From Oikopleura dioica (taxonomy: Eukaryota; Animalia; Chordata), in NCBI GenBank assembly GCA_907165135.1, contig OU015566.1, positions 8,494,001 to 8,558,000 of the forward strand: a stretch of DNA of 64,000 bases, written 5' to 3'. Each line of letters opens with the position of its first letter. Position 1 is the stretch's first letter. A program made the translations under genes and the position numbers. The notes under the pieces are model-generated. The model was not told the DNA's origin. It saw only the letters and a list, made by a program, of their open reading frames with translations, and made no database searches. Below are positions 11,192-24,509 of this stretch, in pieces.

Positions 11192-14100
11192 TTATAAACG
11201 ATTTTCACGAAGAGCTGCGATGGCGTTGGCATGGCGGACTTGATCTTCGCGGAAACTCAAGTCCATTTCTCGCTAGAAAAATGTAGATTTAAATTCTCTC
11301 CCTAACCCCATCCGTTTTCTACCTGGCGAAGATCAAGAGTAGTGTCATGGATATTTTTCAAAAAGTTCTGGTATTGATGCTGACTTTTCTGGTGGTTCTC
11401 TTCTTGGACTTCTTTTAATAACTCTGTGACATTTTTCCAATCATCTTGAACAGAATACATCATTTCTTTCATCGACGTAAGGCTCTTCTCTGAGCTGATG
11501 GAAGTTTTGGCTGTAAAGACGCGTTCCTGGACGTGGATTTGGCGATTTGCCGAGTCTAAATCTCGCGATAGTGCTTCGTATTTGTGGAGGAGAATTTCAC
11601 AACGCTTCGAAAGACTTTCGTTTTGGACAATAAGCGGAGCAACCCGAGCTCTTTCGTCTGCGGTCTTTTGGCGTTCTTGTTCCGCAGTAATAACAAGACG
11701 TTCTTTTTCTTGCATAAGAGATTTGATGGTCCCATGAGCCATCGAGAGCTTTTCCTCTTCTTTTTTCGCGTCAATTTGAGCTTGAAGCATTTGCATTTCC
11801 ATGCCTTTGAGAACTTGGTCGAAGTTCGCTTGAGTGGAGGCAATGATTCTCTCGTGATCAACCCTGCTCAAGGATTTGGCACAATCGCGCCCAATTTTTT
11901 CGTTTTCAAATTTGATCAGCTCCATTCTGTACTCAAGATCTCTCTTTTCTCTTTCCACCTCGAGCAACTCCTCTTCCTTCTCAGTTTTGACTTTGGCAAG
12001 ATCCATCTTGGCAGTGAAAACTTCCTTCGTCATCGATTCATTCTTGGCTTCAAGGCTCTTGACCTCGCCCGCGAAGAAGAGATTATCTCTTTTTAGGTCA
12101 GCCGAGGCGAGCTGTAAATTTTGGATATCTTCATTTAGCGTGTTGATCTGCGTATCTTTTTTGGCGATCAGAGTTGTTAGGCGGGAGTTTTCTTTTTGCA
12201 AGTTGTTGATTACTAGAATAGCGGGTTTTAAAAAGAGGTAAGGCATTAAGTGAGACCTTGTTGAAGCTGATCCACGGCTGGATCGACCTGTTTCGCAAGT
12301 AATATGTCGAGAGAAGACTGTCGTCTCGATGGCACAGTACTTATTTTGGAAGAAACAGAAGGTTCATCTGAGACAGCCGAAGGAACCGAAGCAAATGATG
12401 GCACTGAAGTTGTTGTATCGATAGTTGTTGGCTTCTTCTTCTTTGGTGAACGAGTTTTTGCCTGAGGTTCATTCTGAGAGTTATCTGGAGGAGCAGCTTG
12501 ATAAACGGATTCAATTGTTGGTTCGACTTGAACCTGAACTGGGGGTTCTTCAATTCTAGGAGGTTTTCCTTTGAGTGGGATACGGACTTTTCATGTAAAA
12601 GTGACTTTTTATGTAAAATTGAAAATTAGGCCATTTCATGTAAAAGTACATTTCATGAAAATTTCAGATTTACATGAAAACGCCTTTTACATAAAAAGTC
12701 CTTTTTTTCAATTTTACATGAAACGGCCGAAAAAACTTAAAAAACTTACGAAATATATAATCAATAAATCGTCAAAACTAAGATGAGCCGCTCATGTGTT
12801 TGTCGAGTTGGAATCATTTTTTCGGAGCAATGCTCATCTACTCGTCTAAATTAGACTCTAATGCTGCATCTAGGCCATTTTTTGGCTTTCTAGCGGTCAA
12901 TTTAGGCGCGATAATTTTTAAAGCTAGCAACGGAAACGGAGTTGATTCGAAAAGCAAAGTACTGGCTGAAAAACGCCAAATACGCGAACAAGCAAGTGAC
13001 TTTTAAAGTAGCTTTGAACTTAATCTGCTAACTACCGTTCGGTTTGGGCTGCAGATTTGGCTTGGGGAAGCTCAAGAAAAATCTCATCTTTCCTCAGTGA
13101 ATTGAAAGTAATTGAAAAAGCTATCTTTGAAAATTTGATTAGGACTGGAGTAAGCTGAAATAGGAGACATCTGAGACATGAGCTGGCGTATTTTGAATGA
13201 GGATAGATTTAGGAGAGTCTTCGTTAGAATTACATGAAATGGTCGATTTTTTAAAAGAAAAAGAGCCTTTTCATGTTAATTTTAAGGTTTTTTTTCAAAA
13301 TTACATAAAATGTTCGATTTTTTATCAAAAACCAGTCTTTTCATGTAAATTTCAAGTTTTGTTCAGTTGGAATAAAATAATAAAAAACACTCTTTCTGCT
13401 TCTTTTTCTTCTGGTTCTATTGCGAATTCCTCGAATTTCTAAAACTAATTATCCCACAACTTTCATATAAAATCAAAAAAATGTCAAGAAGACCAAGTCA
13501 CGCTTTTGAACCCTTTTTCAAGGGGCAGCTCTCGTTTTGCCCATAATCCCGGTTCGCCCACATCCCGTTCTTTCTTTTGTGATTAGGGTTAGGGGGCACT
13601 GAAGGTAACCCTAAGTAACCCTAGACTAAACCCGAGCATTTTAAGACGAAGCCCTGTGGTCAACGTCACTTAGATTTGAGTGCATTTTTAAAGAATCAAT
13701 CAACAAAATTCGGGTAAGGGTCAGGGTTCGGTCTTCTTTGAGGACTCCTGGGTATTGAACCCGAGCGTCACTTCTGAGGGCGTATTCCGGGTCTACTATT
13801 AAGGGGGTCCCCAACGATTTTTCCGAAATTGGCCATTTTCGACCGGCGCTCACGCCGACACAGACTTATATTTTTCAAAAATTTTTTCACTTACAAGTAG
13901 GGCAAACCTAGATCTAGTGAAGCATGTCTCAGATTTTTTTAAATTCAACCACATCTCGCGCAACGGCGCCGAGAAGGAGAGCATCTCGCAGAAAATCGCG
14001 TTTTTGGCAATTTAATTGGCTGAGATTACTCCAAAAATTTAGGTTACAAAATTTTTTTTCTTGCTGTTTCTTTAAGCTTTAACACTTATCTAGTGAAGCG

Positions 14101-15747
14101 TCTATCAGTTTTTTCTATTTCCAAAAAATCTGTACCGTCGCTGTACCGCGCTCGTCGCCTGGGAACTTGTGCAACGCCGACGCCGTCGATTTTCTGAGGT
14201 GACGCGGAAAGTTAAAAGAGGTGCAAGAAAAAAGAGTTCACTTTTTTTCGTGACAGAAAAGGCTTGATTTTTGTCACCAAAAAGAGAGTGCACACACTCA
14301 AAATGAAACGGCGGTATGTAACAAAGACAATCAAAAAATGTACGATTTCGGAAATTTCAACCATGTGAATTGCCCTCTGGGCATAACCCAAACCCATAAT
14401 TTCGGGCATTTTCAGAAAGCTGAGCTCATAGCCTTTCTAAAAATGTGCCATGTGCGACCCCTAGACAACTATAAAAAAGGGTTGATTTTTCAATTTTTAT
14501 GAAGATGAAGCAAAATTGGTAACTTCAAGGTCGATTTTAGACACTTTTTTCTACAAAAATCGAAAAAAGCTAGAGACCTTTTTTGCAGCTTTTTGCACGA
14601 GGAATTCAGATCTGAAGAGAAAAAAAATCTAATTCGCATAATCGAAAAAAATCGAAAATTTCAAAAAAGCCATATTTTGGCTTCTCAGCGTGCCCGGAAG
14701 TACAACTTATCATAAAAACTTGTTCGGACCACTTCTTGGCCAATAATTTATTAATAATTTTATTAATAATTTTTTATTATTAATTTTAAAAATTTATTGG
14801 CAATAAACATCTGAAATTTTGGCAAAATTGGGACTTTTTCGTCATTTTTCGTCGAAAAGTCCAATTTTCAAATGCGGTTTTGAGGGTGAAGGAGTCGAGA
14901 TAGACTTGGGCAAAACAGGCGCTGCCTTTTCAAAGCGACAAAAATGAACGCTTTTTTATGCATTACTAATGCAGCATTAGTCGGAATGTTCGATGGTTGA
15001 TCCCGACCCTTATCGACCCCGGCAAGGCTGTTTTATAGCCTACCCGGTACAGGTAGGCCCTACCGAGTATTTCAAGCATTTGCCCCGAGAAAATCAAAAT
15101 TCGCCATAACACAAACTTCAACTTTTATGCTACCTACACTGGGATTTGCTTTTAGGAACTTGACTCGACACTTTTTTATTTTAATTTTGATATTAAACCG
15201 CTCTTTATTAGCTTTTTTATTAATTTAATCACAACCAATTAATATTTGAAAATAAACTCGCAATAATCAAAGAAAAATTTTTTTTTCAAAGTTTTTTCCG
15301 CCATTTTATGTAAAATTGAAAAACAGGACTTTTATGTAAAAGGCGTTTTCATGTAAATCTGAAATTTTCATGAAATGTACTTTTACATGAAATGGCTTAA
15401 TTTTCAATTTTACATAAAAAGTCACTTTTACATGAAAAGTCCGTATCCCTCCTTTGAGTTTTTTCTTCTTCTTCTTTCCATGTCTTAATTTAGTTGTAAA
15501 ATGAACTTCCAAGGAAGTGGATTTTTTCACCTTGTAGTCTCTAACTCTTCTATCACATCGTCAAAGCTGTCTCTTGAGACAGACCTGGAACCACACTGCC
15601 CCGCCGACGGCTGCGGAACTCCGGTTCGTCCGCGCTCGTCCCCAGGCAACGAGTATGTGTCCAATTCATTTCCGTGCGCGTCCGTATCACTGAATGGAAC
15701 TCATAGTTTGATTTCACGCCAAAGATAAACTTGATATCTTTCGACAT
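11192..15747 (-). CDS. Uncharacterised coiled-coil protein with a low-complexity N-terminus, interrupted by a 2.9 kb element
   Basis: Exons from ATG 15747 (MSKDINDTDAHG...) join in frame through ...KKLKG/KPPRIEEPP... once the element is removed, then to the 314-aa coiled-coil ORF 11302-12246 and a last exon ending at 11192. Confidence 0.7.
12577..15449. mobile_element. Mutator/Foldback-like non-autonomous element: ~150 bp modular TIRs, GGG...CCC termini, 10-bp TSD TCCTTTGAGT
   Basis: GGGATACGGACTTTTCATGTAAAAGTGAC... at 12577 is the reverse complement of ...TTTTACATGAAAAGTCCGTATCCC at 15449. Identical TCCTTTGAGT at 12567-12576 and 15450-15459. Repeated TTTCATGTAAAA modules. No intact transposase seen. 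Confidence 0.9.
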
Positions 15748-16667
15748 CAGCTAATTTTGATTATTTCTATGAGAATCTAATAATTTTGGAGCGCCTTTTT
15801 CCGGAGAAGGAACAAACAGTCGAGTGTGTGTTCTTACGCTGACAAACGCGTCATTTGCAAAATTATCAAGGGGTCTCCGGGACTCTTCAGGGATACTCAT
15901 AAGACACTGGGCCGAGATACAGTTGTTACTTACTTCAAAGTGACCATAGAATGCGCCCTTGCCAGCCCCTGCGTCGCCATCACCAGCGCCTGCACGGGGG
16001 ACCTATGCCGCGCTTTTGACTTTTTCCTCCCAAATGGCCAGACCATGACTTTTCTAAACCTACTCCAGTCAACCAAAAGTCGCATTATTTATTTAACTTT
16101 ATTTCACTTTATATAAATCACTAAGAAGTATCAAGGCAAAAGGAACAAAACTGAGCTTTTTTAGACAAGAATAATTCATTGATGTCATCATTTGTTGTTT
16201 CATAATTAGAGCGAATCTTTTGAAAAGAAATTTTTGTAGTCGAGTTTTGAAAACTCATGTTTTTTCAAGTTATTTTTTGCGCTGCAACGATAAATAATGG
16301 TAAAGTACTGATAATAACAGTAGTAAGAAGTTGGAAGAAAAAGTAGAAAAGAGCGAAAAACCTCTTGAAAAGTTCGATAAGACGGTAGTTGATTGAAGGG
16401 AAATAGATCAATAACTTTAAAGGTCAATTATGATAAGAAGAAATAAACACTCACAGAAACATAATTTTCTCTTGCAGCAAGCGATAATAGTTATTAAACG
16501 GAATAGAAAATGAAGAGATAAGGATTCGAATTTTCGGGAACAAAACACTTTGATAAGAAACATAATTGGAATTTGAGTTATTTTTTTCGGTAAAGTTGGT
16601 CTGGTTGTATTCGTCTTTGCTTTTCTGTACCGAGATTTAGTACTATGATTGCTTGGAACTTTCTTGG

Positions 16668-19147
16668 CTATTTTTCTTCCACAACTGGCGTGGCTTCGAT
16701 CAAAGCATGAGATTTTTTACGATGATGCTAAACAGTGTTAGATGTTGATGTTTGAGAAGGGCTTACCTTGTGTTTTCGAGACTTATGATGGTGGTGGTGA
16801 TGATGATGATAGTGATGGTGGTGGTGACTATTGTGGTAGTAGTCGAAGTGATGCCGGGAGGCTTCTTCCTCCAGTTCCAAGCTTCTTTCAGAAACTGGGA
16901 TTGCTACCTGTTCTCCTTCTGTTGCACAGACAACGGTCAACTCATGATCACTACTGAATTCAATTACTCACGGATCGACCGAAAAGTGATTGAGTACCTC
17001 GCCTCGGGAGACTCTGAAAATCGAATCAAGCTCGGAATACTAGACATGGCATGCGGATCCGACTGATAGCCACAATCGCTGATCGTGTAGTTTGACTTTG
17101 AGATCGGCTTTGCTGCCTCTTTACGATCCCACTTGTATGGGTCGAAAACAGAGCCAGATTCGGCAACATGGTCTTCGTAAAACATTCTGTCTTTTTTGTC
17201 CGAGCAGTCGTGAATTTGAATTCCAAAGGCGAAATCGGTCTGGGCAATGCGCGCCTCGTGTTCTGAGGAAGATAATTTATGCTGAAATAAAAAATGCACT
17301 TACCAGAGACTGTGGAAGTAGCAATTGAAAAATCCGACCAATCTGCGAAAGAGCGAATTGAATTCGGTTTCGCTGGGCCAGATTTTGACAGTTCCATGTC
17401 TGGTTTACAATCTTTGACTGCCAATTCCAACGCTTAATTCAACGCTAGCTATTATGCAAACATTAACATTTAGCTAACCATCGTAAATATGTTCGTAATC
17501 GAAAACTTCCTCTTCAACAGAAAACTTGGACTTGGGCACTTGGTGCACCGCGCTGTTGCTCAGTTCGGCAAAAAATGACGAGTTACAGAGGGTGCTTGCT
17601 GTTGGACGGTTAGTTGGCTCGGTTGAAAGGCACTTTTCGATCAAATTGGAGAAAATGGCGTCGGGAGATACTTTTTGCGTCAGTGTAAAAGACTTCCATT
17701 CTTTGAGAAGATCAGGGGCAGCTCCGGACTCGTGCTTTATTGGAATCGTACCAGTTGCCATAATGTACAGGACGCAGCCAAGGGAGAACATGTCCGAGCT
17801 ACAAAGCGTTGTTAGAATAAGATGGTTAAATGCTATTAACCTTAGGTCATAGATGCCAGTTCCAGCTAAGACTTCAGGCGCGTGATAATACCGCGCATAG
17901 GCGGGAATAGAAAGGCAGCGCTTTCCGAAACGAACGTCCAAAATTCTCGCCGATCCAAAGTCTCCAAGCTAAAGATAGAACGTGTCAAAAACGCCGCTCG
18001 TTCAAAATTAACGGCCTTGGCACCTTTACAAATAGCGTGTCGGGGTTGACGAGAATATTGGAGGGGTTGATGTCTCGGTGAATGATGCGCGCCGTGTGGA
18101 TGAAATTGATCGCTCGCACCAGCTGATAAGAAAATAGACGACAATGGTCAACACCCAAGCCAGCCGGGTAGTTGTCAAATACGCATTCAAGATCCGTGTC
18201 CATCAGTTCCTATACATGGAAATTATCATTTTGTCGTTATAGGGTAATTCGGAGATGACAATTGATGTCACCATCCTTGACAAGGATTCCTTGTTCTTGA
18301 TTCTTATCGAATACGGAAAATTGCCTTTTAGGGTAAGTATACCTCACATGGTATTCGCTTGCTTTATCGTTAAATTAGGATATTCACGGTAATACTGTAG
18401 CCATACCTGCACAATGTATACAGAAGAAGGGGTCAACTTGACATCCAGGAAGTTTACAATGGACTCATGCTCAAGGCGGCGGAGAAAACGAATCTCCCGA
18501 ATAAGTGAAAGGACCTTGCGGCTGTCGGAAGTCCGATCAATGAGGAGCTGTTTGATCGCGACGCGATGTTTAGTGTTGCTGTCCAGCGCTGAGTACACCT
18601 TAGACTGGCCCGCGAATTTGGGCTGTGAAAGGGGTACTCAAATTTATGCGGCAGCAAGGTCGAAATAAGGTGGACTTTGTTTAAAAAACACTAAGAGACT
18701 ATTTTTTGAGCTTTTCTCTTTACAAAATCATTCTTAGATGATACGATTTGGAGATAAATATATTCTGATGAACTCATGGAGGCCCGTCGAAAATGTCTAG
18801 CCAGAATTAATTATGAGAGAATTTCCGAGATTTATCATTATGTTAATTCGAGTATCCAAGTCTTGAAGAGCAGCACTGCACATTTGAATTCAGAAGGGAG
18901 AATGTCAGGCGGCTCACACACATCGTCCGGTGGTTCTGCGGACTCTCCCTCTGAGGATAAATTTGAATGTTCCATTTTTGATGATAAATATACATAAATG
19001 AAGTTTCATATAAGTCTGATAAGATATGATCCTACTGCGGGAATCACCTGCGAGCGATTCGGCTTGAGGGTTGTTTCGGTCCATTTTCTCTCGAATACGC
19101 CCCGAGAAAAATAAGCTCTTGGCCCGAACCCTTCTAGAGAGAGCCAT
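16668..19147 (-). CDS. Atypical MAP kinase, ERK3/ERK4 (MAPK6/4)-like, with C-terminal poly-His tract
   Basis: RVAIK, SVYIVQ|ELMDTDL, IIHRDINPSN, LGDFGSARI, YYHAPE and SDMFSLGC motifs across exons. SVYIVQE..TDL and 'HCRLFSYQL' resemble ERK3. The start codon may be 19147 or 19084. Confidence 0.72.
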
Positions 19148-20036
19148 TGTTAATGAAAAAGCACGGTCAGAATACGAGCACGTAAAACTTTTTCAATGAA
19201 TAAATAGAGCAAAGAATGATTTGAACAGACGGAGGTGGGGGAGCACGGGACAACGTCTAGGGTAGATCAGACGTAAAAATGATAAAGACATATGATATTA
19301 ACTTCTCTCATAAGAAGGAGGTTATTATTGTTAATAATTGTAAATTCTTACATCGAGAAATAATATTAAAACCGCTAGTGTTCTCTTCCTTGATTTCAAG
19401 AACAAAAATAAAATTTACCAGCAGTTCACTGTAAAAATATTGAAAATAACTTGCATTATTTCATTGAAATTTAAATATATTAATTGAATATCCGAAATAA
19501 ATCTGTCCACCCTAGTCGCTGAATAGGTCATTCAGACAAAAAGTCAGAGATAAATTAAACATATTTTCGTTCATTGTTTATCACTCGTCCTTGTCGAGCG
19601 TTTTCGAAATCTTTTCAAACTCTTTATTGGAGAGATCTTGCTCTGCGGTAAGTATTTGTTCAACTGAGAAGAAAGTTCTTTCTGTGTTATCTATGGCCGG
19701 GGCCTATTGTGCGCCTTCGAACCTACACGAGACAGGCAATAATCAAGAGAGACACAGTTAACTGTCTCCTTTTGGCCTTTGTCTTAAAGAATTCAGAAAA
19801 CATGCCCACCGGACTTTAGTTGCTAAAACAAGGAACACGAAGATATCGCATGTTCTACTTCCCAAGGCAATTAACATCGCCCTAATTACAGTCGAAAAAA
19901 TACGTCCCTCGTGACAGGTGTCCCTATCACATTTCTGCCAACTCCAACATCCATATCACGCCGTTAATCAATCTTGCCTTACCTACCTGGTAGACTTTTT
20001 CGTGTCTCGATAAAAACCCGGCCTCATTTTAAGAGG

Positions 20037-23000
20037 TCAGATAAGAACTTTTCCTTCGGTAATTTCTGGGATGTAAAACTTCATCATATTCTCCACTCCA
20101 TGCTTCAACGTAACAACACTTGATGGACAGGTAGCGCAGGCCCCAATAAGTGAAAGCTGCAAAACTCCTAAATACAGAAATGAGTAACGATAGTTTCCGT
20201 AATAGGTCGAACTCACCAGTATCCGGGTCGAATGACACGAAGGAGATATCGCCACCATCTTCCATAACAGTTGGACGGATTCTAGTGTCAAGAAGTTCCT
20301 TTATCATCGCAACGACTTCATCTGTAAGGCGGGTTTTTCATGATAGCCCTATGACGAACTACTTTGTTGAATAAGCTCGCAGACTTCGACTGCGCGATAC
20401 TTCTGCTCGCCAGAAATTCCTAGTTTCCACCTATAGAGAAGGCGGAATTTACCCTCGATTAACGTCACAGCTTTATATTTCGGAGCATTGGGGCTCAGAA
20501 ATGCCCGAATAAGGTCATTTCAAGAGCACGACGCATAGATGTTCGCCAGTCTCGATAGAGAAACCATTCTAGCTCGGGTCAACGGAAAATCATAAATTAG
20601 GAACACTTTAAAATTTCCTAAAAAGGCTGACTCTAAATGTGACCAATCCCACTCATCATAGATTCTGATGCTGCTCATGTGATACTGGTATCTTTATTCA
20701 TTAAAAATTCCTGCTCTTAGAAAAAGGATATTCGGGTGAAAGAACGTCAGAGACCTCTGAAAAGATGGATTACGTCTTTGAAATAACTCGTGAAATTGTA
20801 AAACCAAAAATTCTATTCAATAAGAGAGTCATCTAAAATTCTTTTAACTAAAGCAAATCTTCCAGTTTATGCAGGTAAAAAACTCAGTTTCACACTCTTG
20901 GCTTCGGCGGGTACTTCCGGCAAAAGGGCCATAAATCTAATTACTTTTCTGACCTCTATTAGCAGATAATTTTATGCTTTATCAGTTATCAATTTCAAAG
21001 AGCCTTTTAACATGCGCATAAGAACTTTTTCAGACAAGCCGCTTTTGACGTTTTTCTAGCAGCTGACCTTTCCCACCACTTTCAAGAACAATATTTATGA
21101 GTTCGTTTGGTACGAAATTGTGCATATTCAAGCTACTTGTGAAACAAACATTTTTTTCTGATGGAACTTTAATCTTCATGGCAGATTGACAGAATCCCAA
21201 GTTCTTTACCCACAGCTTTTTGTCACCAGAAAGGGCAATGAAGAACATTATTACGGCCCTTACGATTATGAGAATCGATTTAACTTTTGAAAACGGAACA
21301 ATAAGGCTCCCTGGAAAACGGAACTCTGAAAATTATCAATCAAATTTGAAAATGTATACGCGCGTACATAAGATAAAAGAGCGCCGACCCTTATTAAAGG
21401 CTTCAATTGCTATTTAATTTAAATGAGGAGAATTGGAGTCGACCTGGCGGATAGCTGCCAATTTATCTGTCATGAAGTCATCACTATCGAAAATTCGGAA
21501 TAACAAAAAGTAAGTTCTCTATTTTAGAATGTTTTGAAACCTTCATGAAAATAAAGACAAAGAAGATTGTTTCTGCTCTCAATAAAAACGCAATAATAAT
21601 CAATATTTTTCATCAAAATCATATGCATCTCGGTCATAACTAATCCCAAAGACGATAAGAACTTCTCGATAAGAATTAACCTAAGCAGTTATTATTGAGC
21701 AGGTAAACAGAGCCAATATCGACTTCATTTCATAAGGTTAACTAGGCAAGATGGTCTTAATATCGACAGGTAATAAGCACACAGTAACTAATCGTATGTC
21801 CAGTAAATAATCGCAATGGTCTGGCGCTCGGGCGCAGCTGATCCGGGGAGCGCCCTCCCGTGAGCGCGCCTTTGTCGACGACGCTAAAAATACGCGACGA
21901 GTGCGAAAAAATATTCACTTCGTTGTATAAAACACACTCGCTACAAACTCGAAACAGTATATTTTCACTTATTTTCAAGAAAACAAAGATATACCGAAAA
22001 TGAACAAGATTGATCGAGAGGCTCTCCTGAGAAGACTTTCCGAAGAAGACACCGATTTACAACTCGTAGTCGGAGCTGACGACCTCAAATCTATCGAGCG
22101 CGATATCGACGACTTTTTCGCAAACGAAAAGATGGCTCAGATGATCGTGACGAGCCCCGGAAGACTCCTGACAGGCGCAATCAGATTCGGTTTAGGTAAG
22201 AATTTTGACACGTTTTTATGGGCAAAAAATTTACGAGAAAATTTTAGTGGTCGCACGCGATCGTGGCATGTCCGCATCGATTTCCTTCGATGATCAAACT
22301 CCGACTTTGCTAGTGGAAAAGCTTCGCGTTTAAAAAATCCGAAGTCCCCAGGGGGACTTCTGTACATATTTATCTTCCAACACATTGAGCTACTGTATAT
22401 TTAAACCTGTAAATAAAGAACAATGACGTTTAAAAAGAGCACGTTTTGTATTCATCCACCCGGCAGAAAAAAACTGGTAAAACACTTGTAATTCGCGCCT
22501 AAATAGGTTACTCTAGCAACAAAGTTGAAGAAATATTCAAGTGGTAGACAACTGGATATTAATTTAATTTGAAAATTCAGTAATAAGAGCTTATAAAACG
22601 GTCATAATTTGAAAAATGTCATTTTGAAATTGGAATAGAAATTATACCGCAATTCACCTGTAACTACTTGAACAGATCAATATATAAATGTCATTTACTT
22701 TTATGTGTATGCCACTCCCTATAAATGTAAAAATCATCAAGGTCGTTTCATTAAAAATTGCATAAAAGCAACCTTGAGAAGCTTCGTTCTTGAAAAATTT
22801 CGCGCAATAAAACCGGAAAAATTAAGATATTCATAATATTTGTTAAGGTTCATAAAACTACTTGTGTAAATATAAGAAGGAGAATGGCTTGTATAATCAC
22901 ATGGGAAATGAGAATACGAATTTCCGACCACGGAATTGTTGATTCGGACAAATATCAATTGGCCCGGCGGCAAACAATTGACTGATTCTGAGGCGATTTC

Positions 23001-24293
23001 CGACGATGACCGTGAAAGCCGTCAAAAGCACTGGAGTATTTGAATTCTGTTGCGAAATGAAACAGATGTTCCGAACTGTCACGAGGTCGAGTCAGATCCT
23101 GACTACATCTGTCATTACCTTCAAATGCAATAAACACGAAAGCATGTGATAAGGGTAAACTCCGGTACAACCCGTAACAGAATGTACAACGGTCAGAGGT
23201 ATGTACAAACGAGATCACCATAAATCAGTAGGAAATAAATGGGCCCTCGCCCGCGGCCAACTCATCTGAGTAGGACATCAAAGCCAGAGCTTGATTTATG
23301 AAGCCTCAGGAGAGTTTGCCCACTCCCTTGGGTAACGTTTATTTTCGGTAATCAAGTCGGTTTTTGCGCGGCGTATTTCCCCTTAATTTCCCACTATCGA
23401 TTTCGACCGCATATATATTGAAAAAGATGAGCTGGTTTTGCTTTGGGGGATTTTAGATGCAGACTGATGCGATTATAGCTGCTCGGTAGATAAAAACAAA
23501 AATTATGGAAGAAAATGATAATTCAAAATTCTTAATTTGTTATGAAGGAAATTCCACCTCGTTTGTAATAAATTTTCATTTTGGCCTTCATTGACGTCAC
23601 GGAGTTTCTCTAATTTTCGGTTGAAATAAAAGTTTAACCTTGATTCATTGTCGTATTCTGACATAGACGCGTTTTACGTGTGCTGCGTTAAAAGCCAAAA
23701 TAATGAAAAACCCGAGCATGACATCATCATCATAAATAATAGTATCCTGATTAGGAAGTGCGTCTTCATTGATAATTGGCAAGTTGGAGTCGAAGAAATC
23801 GGTCAAAACGGCGAACAATTCGGCCTTGAGAACGGGCCAATCGTCCGTTTCATCGTGGCGGATGATTGTCACAAAATCGGGACCAAGAAAGCAGCCTAAA
23901 AGAGCGGATATTCAAATTTGTTCCAGTCTCTCATTATTCGAGATCTGAGCGTCATTAGTGTTAATCGCAGTTTGATAAGGTCTATTTTCTCAATTTTACG
24001 CACTTCGGAATCTCTTTCGTACAATTTTTCATCCCTTCCGAAGCAGTAAATTGTTATTCCTGATCACTATCGTGTTTTTCGGAAACCTTACCTTTGACAC
24101 CGTCGACGGCAAAAATCCTCTTCGCGAGGGGGCTTTTGTACGCCTCTCGAATATCTGGAAAGTCACAGGTGGAGCCGGGTCCGAGAACGTCGCGGCCTGG
24201 GACGAACTTGAGGGCATTTGGATTAGGTGTTGTTTCGGTAGTGATGAACAGGTTCCTGAGCCGGGGTAGGATAGCTCGCGAGGCTTTTAACAT
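20037..24293 (-). CDS. NFU1: Mitochondrial Fe-S cluster scaffold NFU1, interrupted by a 3.4 kb element; extreme 3' end unresolved
   Basis: [60 protein letters not shown] and [29 protein letters not shown] (CxxC motif). Confidence 0.93.
20323..23723. mobile_element. TGT...ACA element (3401 bp) with short imperfect TIRs and 5-bp TSD TCATC; Ginger-like or LTR-derived, unclassified
   Basis: Left end TGTAAGGCGGGTTTTTCATG versus right end reverse complement TGTCATGCTCGGGTTTTTCATT. TCATC at 20318-20322 and 23724-23728. Removal restores NFU1 ...[12 protein letters not shown]... Confidence 0.8.
22000..23210 (+). pseudogene. Decayed, intron-containing coding remnant carried inside the NFU1 element
   Basis: ORF 22000-22293 ([17 protein letters not shown]...) has a GTAAG donor near 22196 and a GC-rich upstream stretch. 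Further protein-like but stop-interrupted segments at ~22940-23200. Confidence 0.35.
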
Positions 24294-24509
24294 TTTCCTA
24301 GCCCGAAAATCTGAAGAACAAATTATGGATAAAACGGTCAAAATCTTTTGAATAAAAAGTCGATGAATATTAATTTATTGTGTTGTCTGTAAGTGGCAGT
24401 ATATTCGTGAGATCGGCTACATTTGAATGGCTTTTGAAGAGTTCGCTAGTGCAAGGTCAAAAACAATGGAACTACAAAGGCTCAAGCTGGTTAGAGGAAA
24501 TGTTAGATT

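Noticed and set aside
12571-15530. ORFs 12571-12786 (+) and 15306-15530 (-) with near-identical peptides (GIRTFHVKVTFYVKLK)
   Set aside because: They are mirror translations of the element's two TIRs, not duplicated genes.
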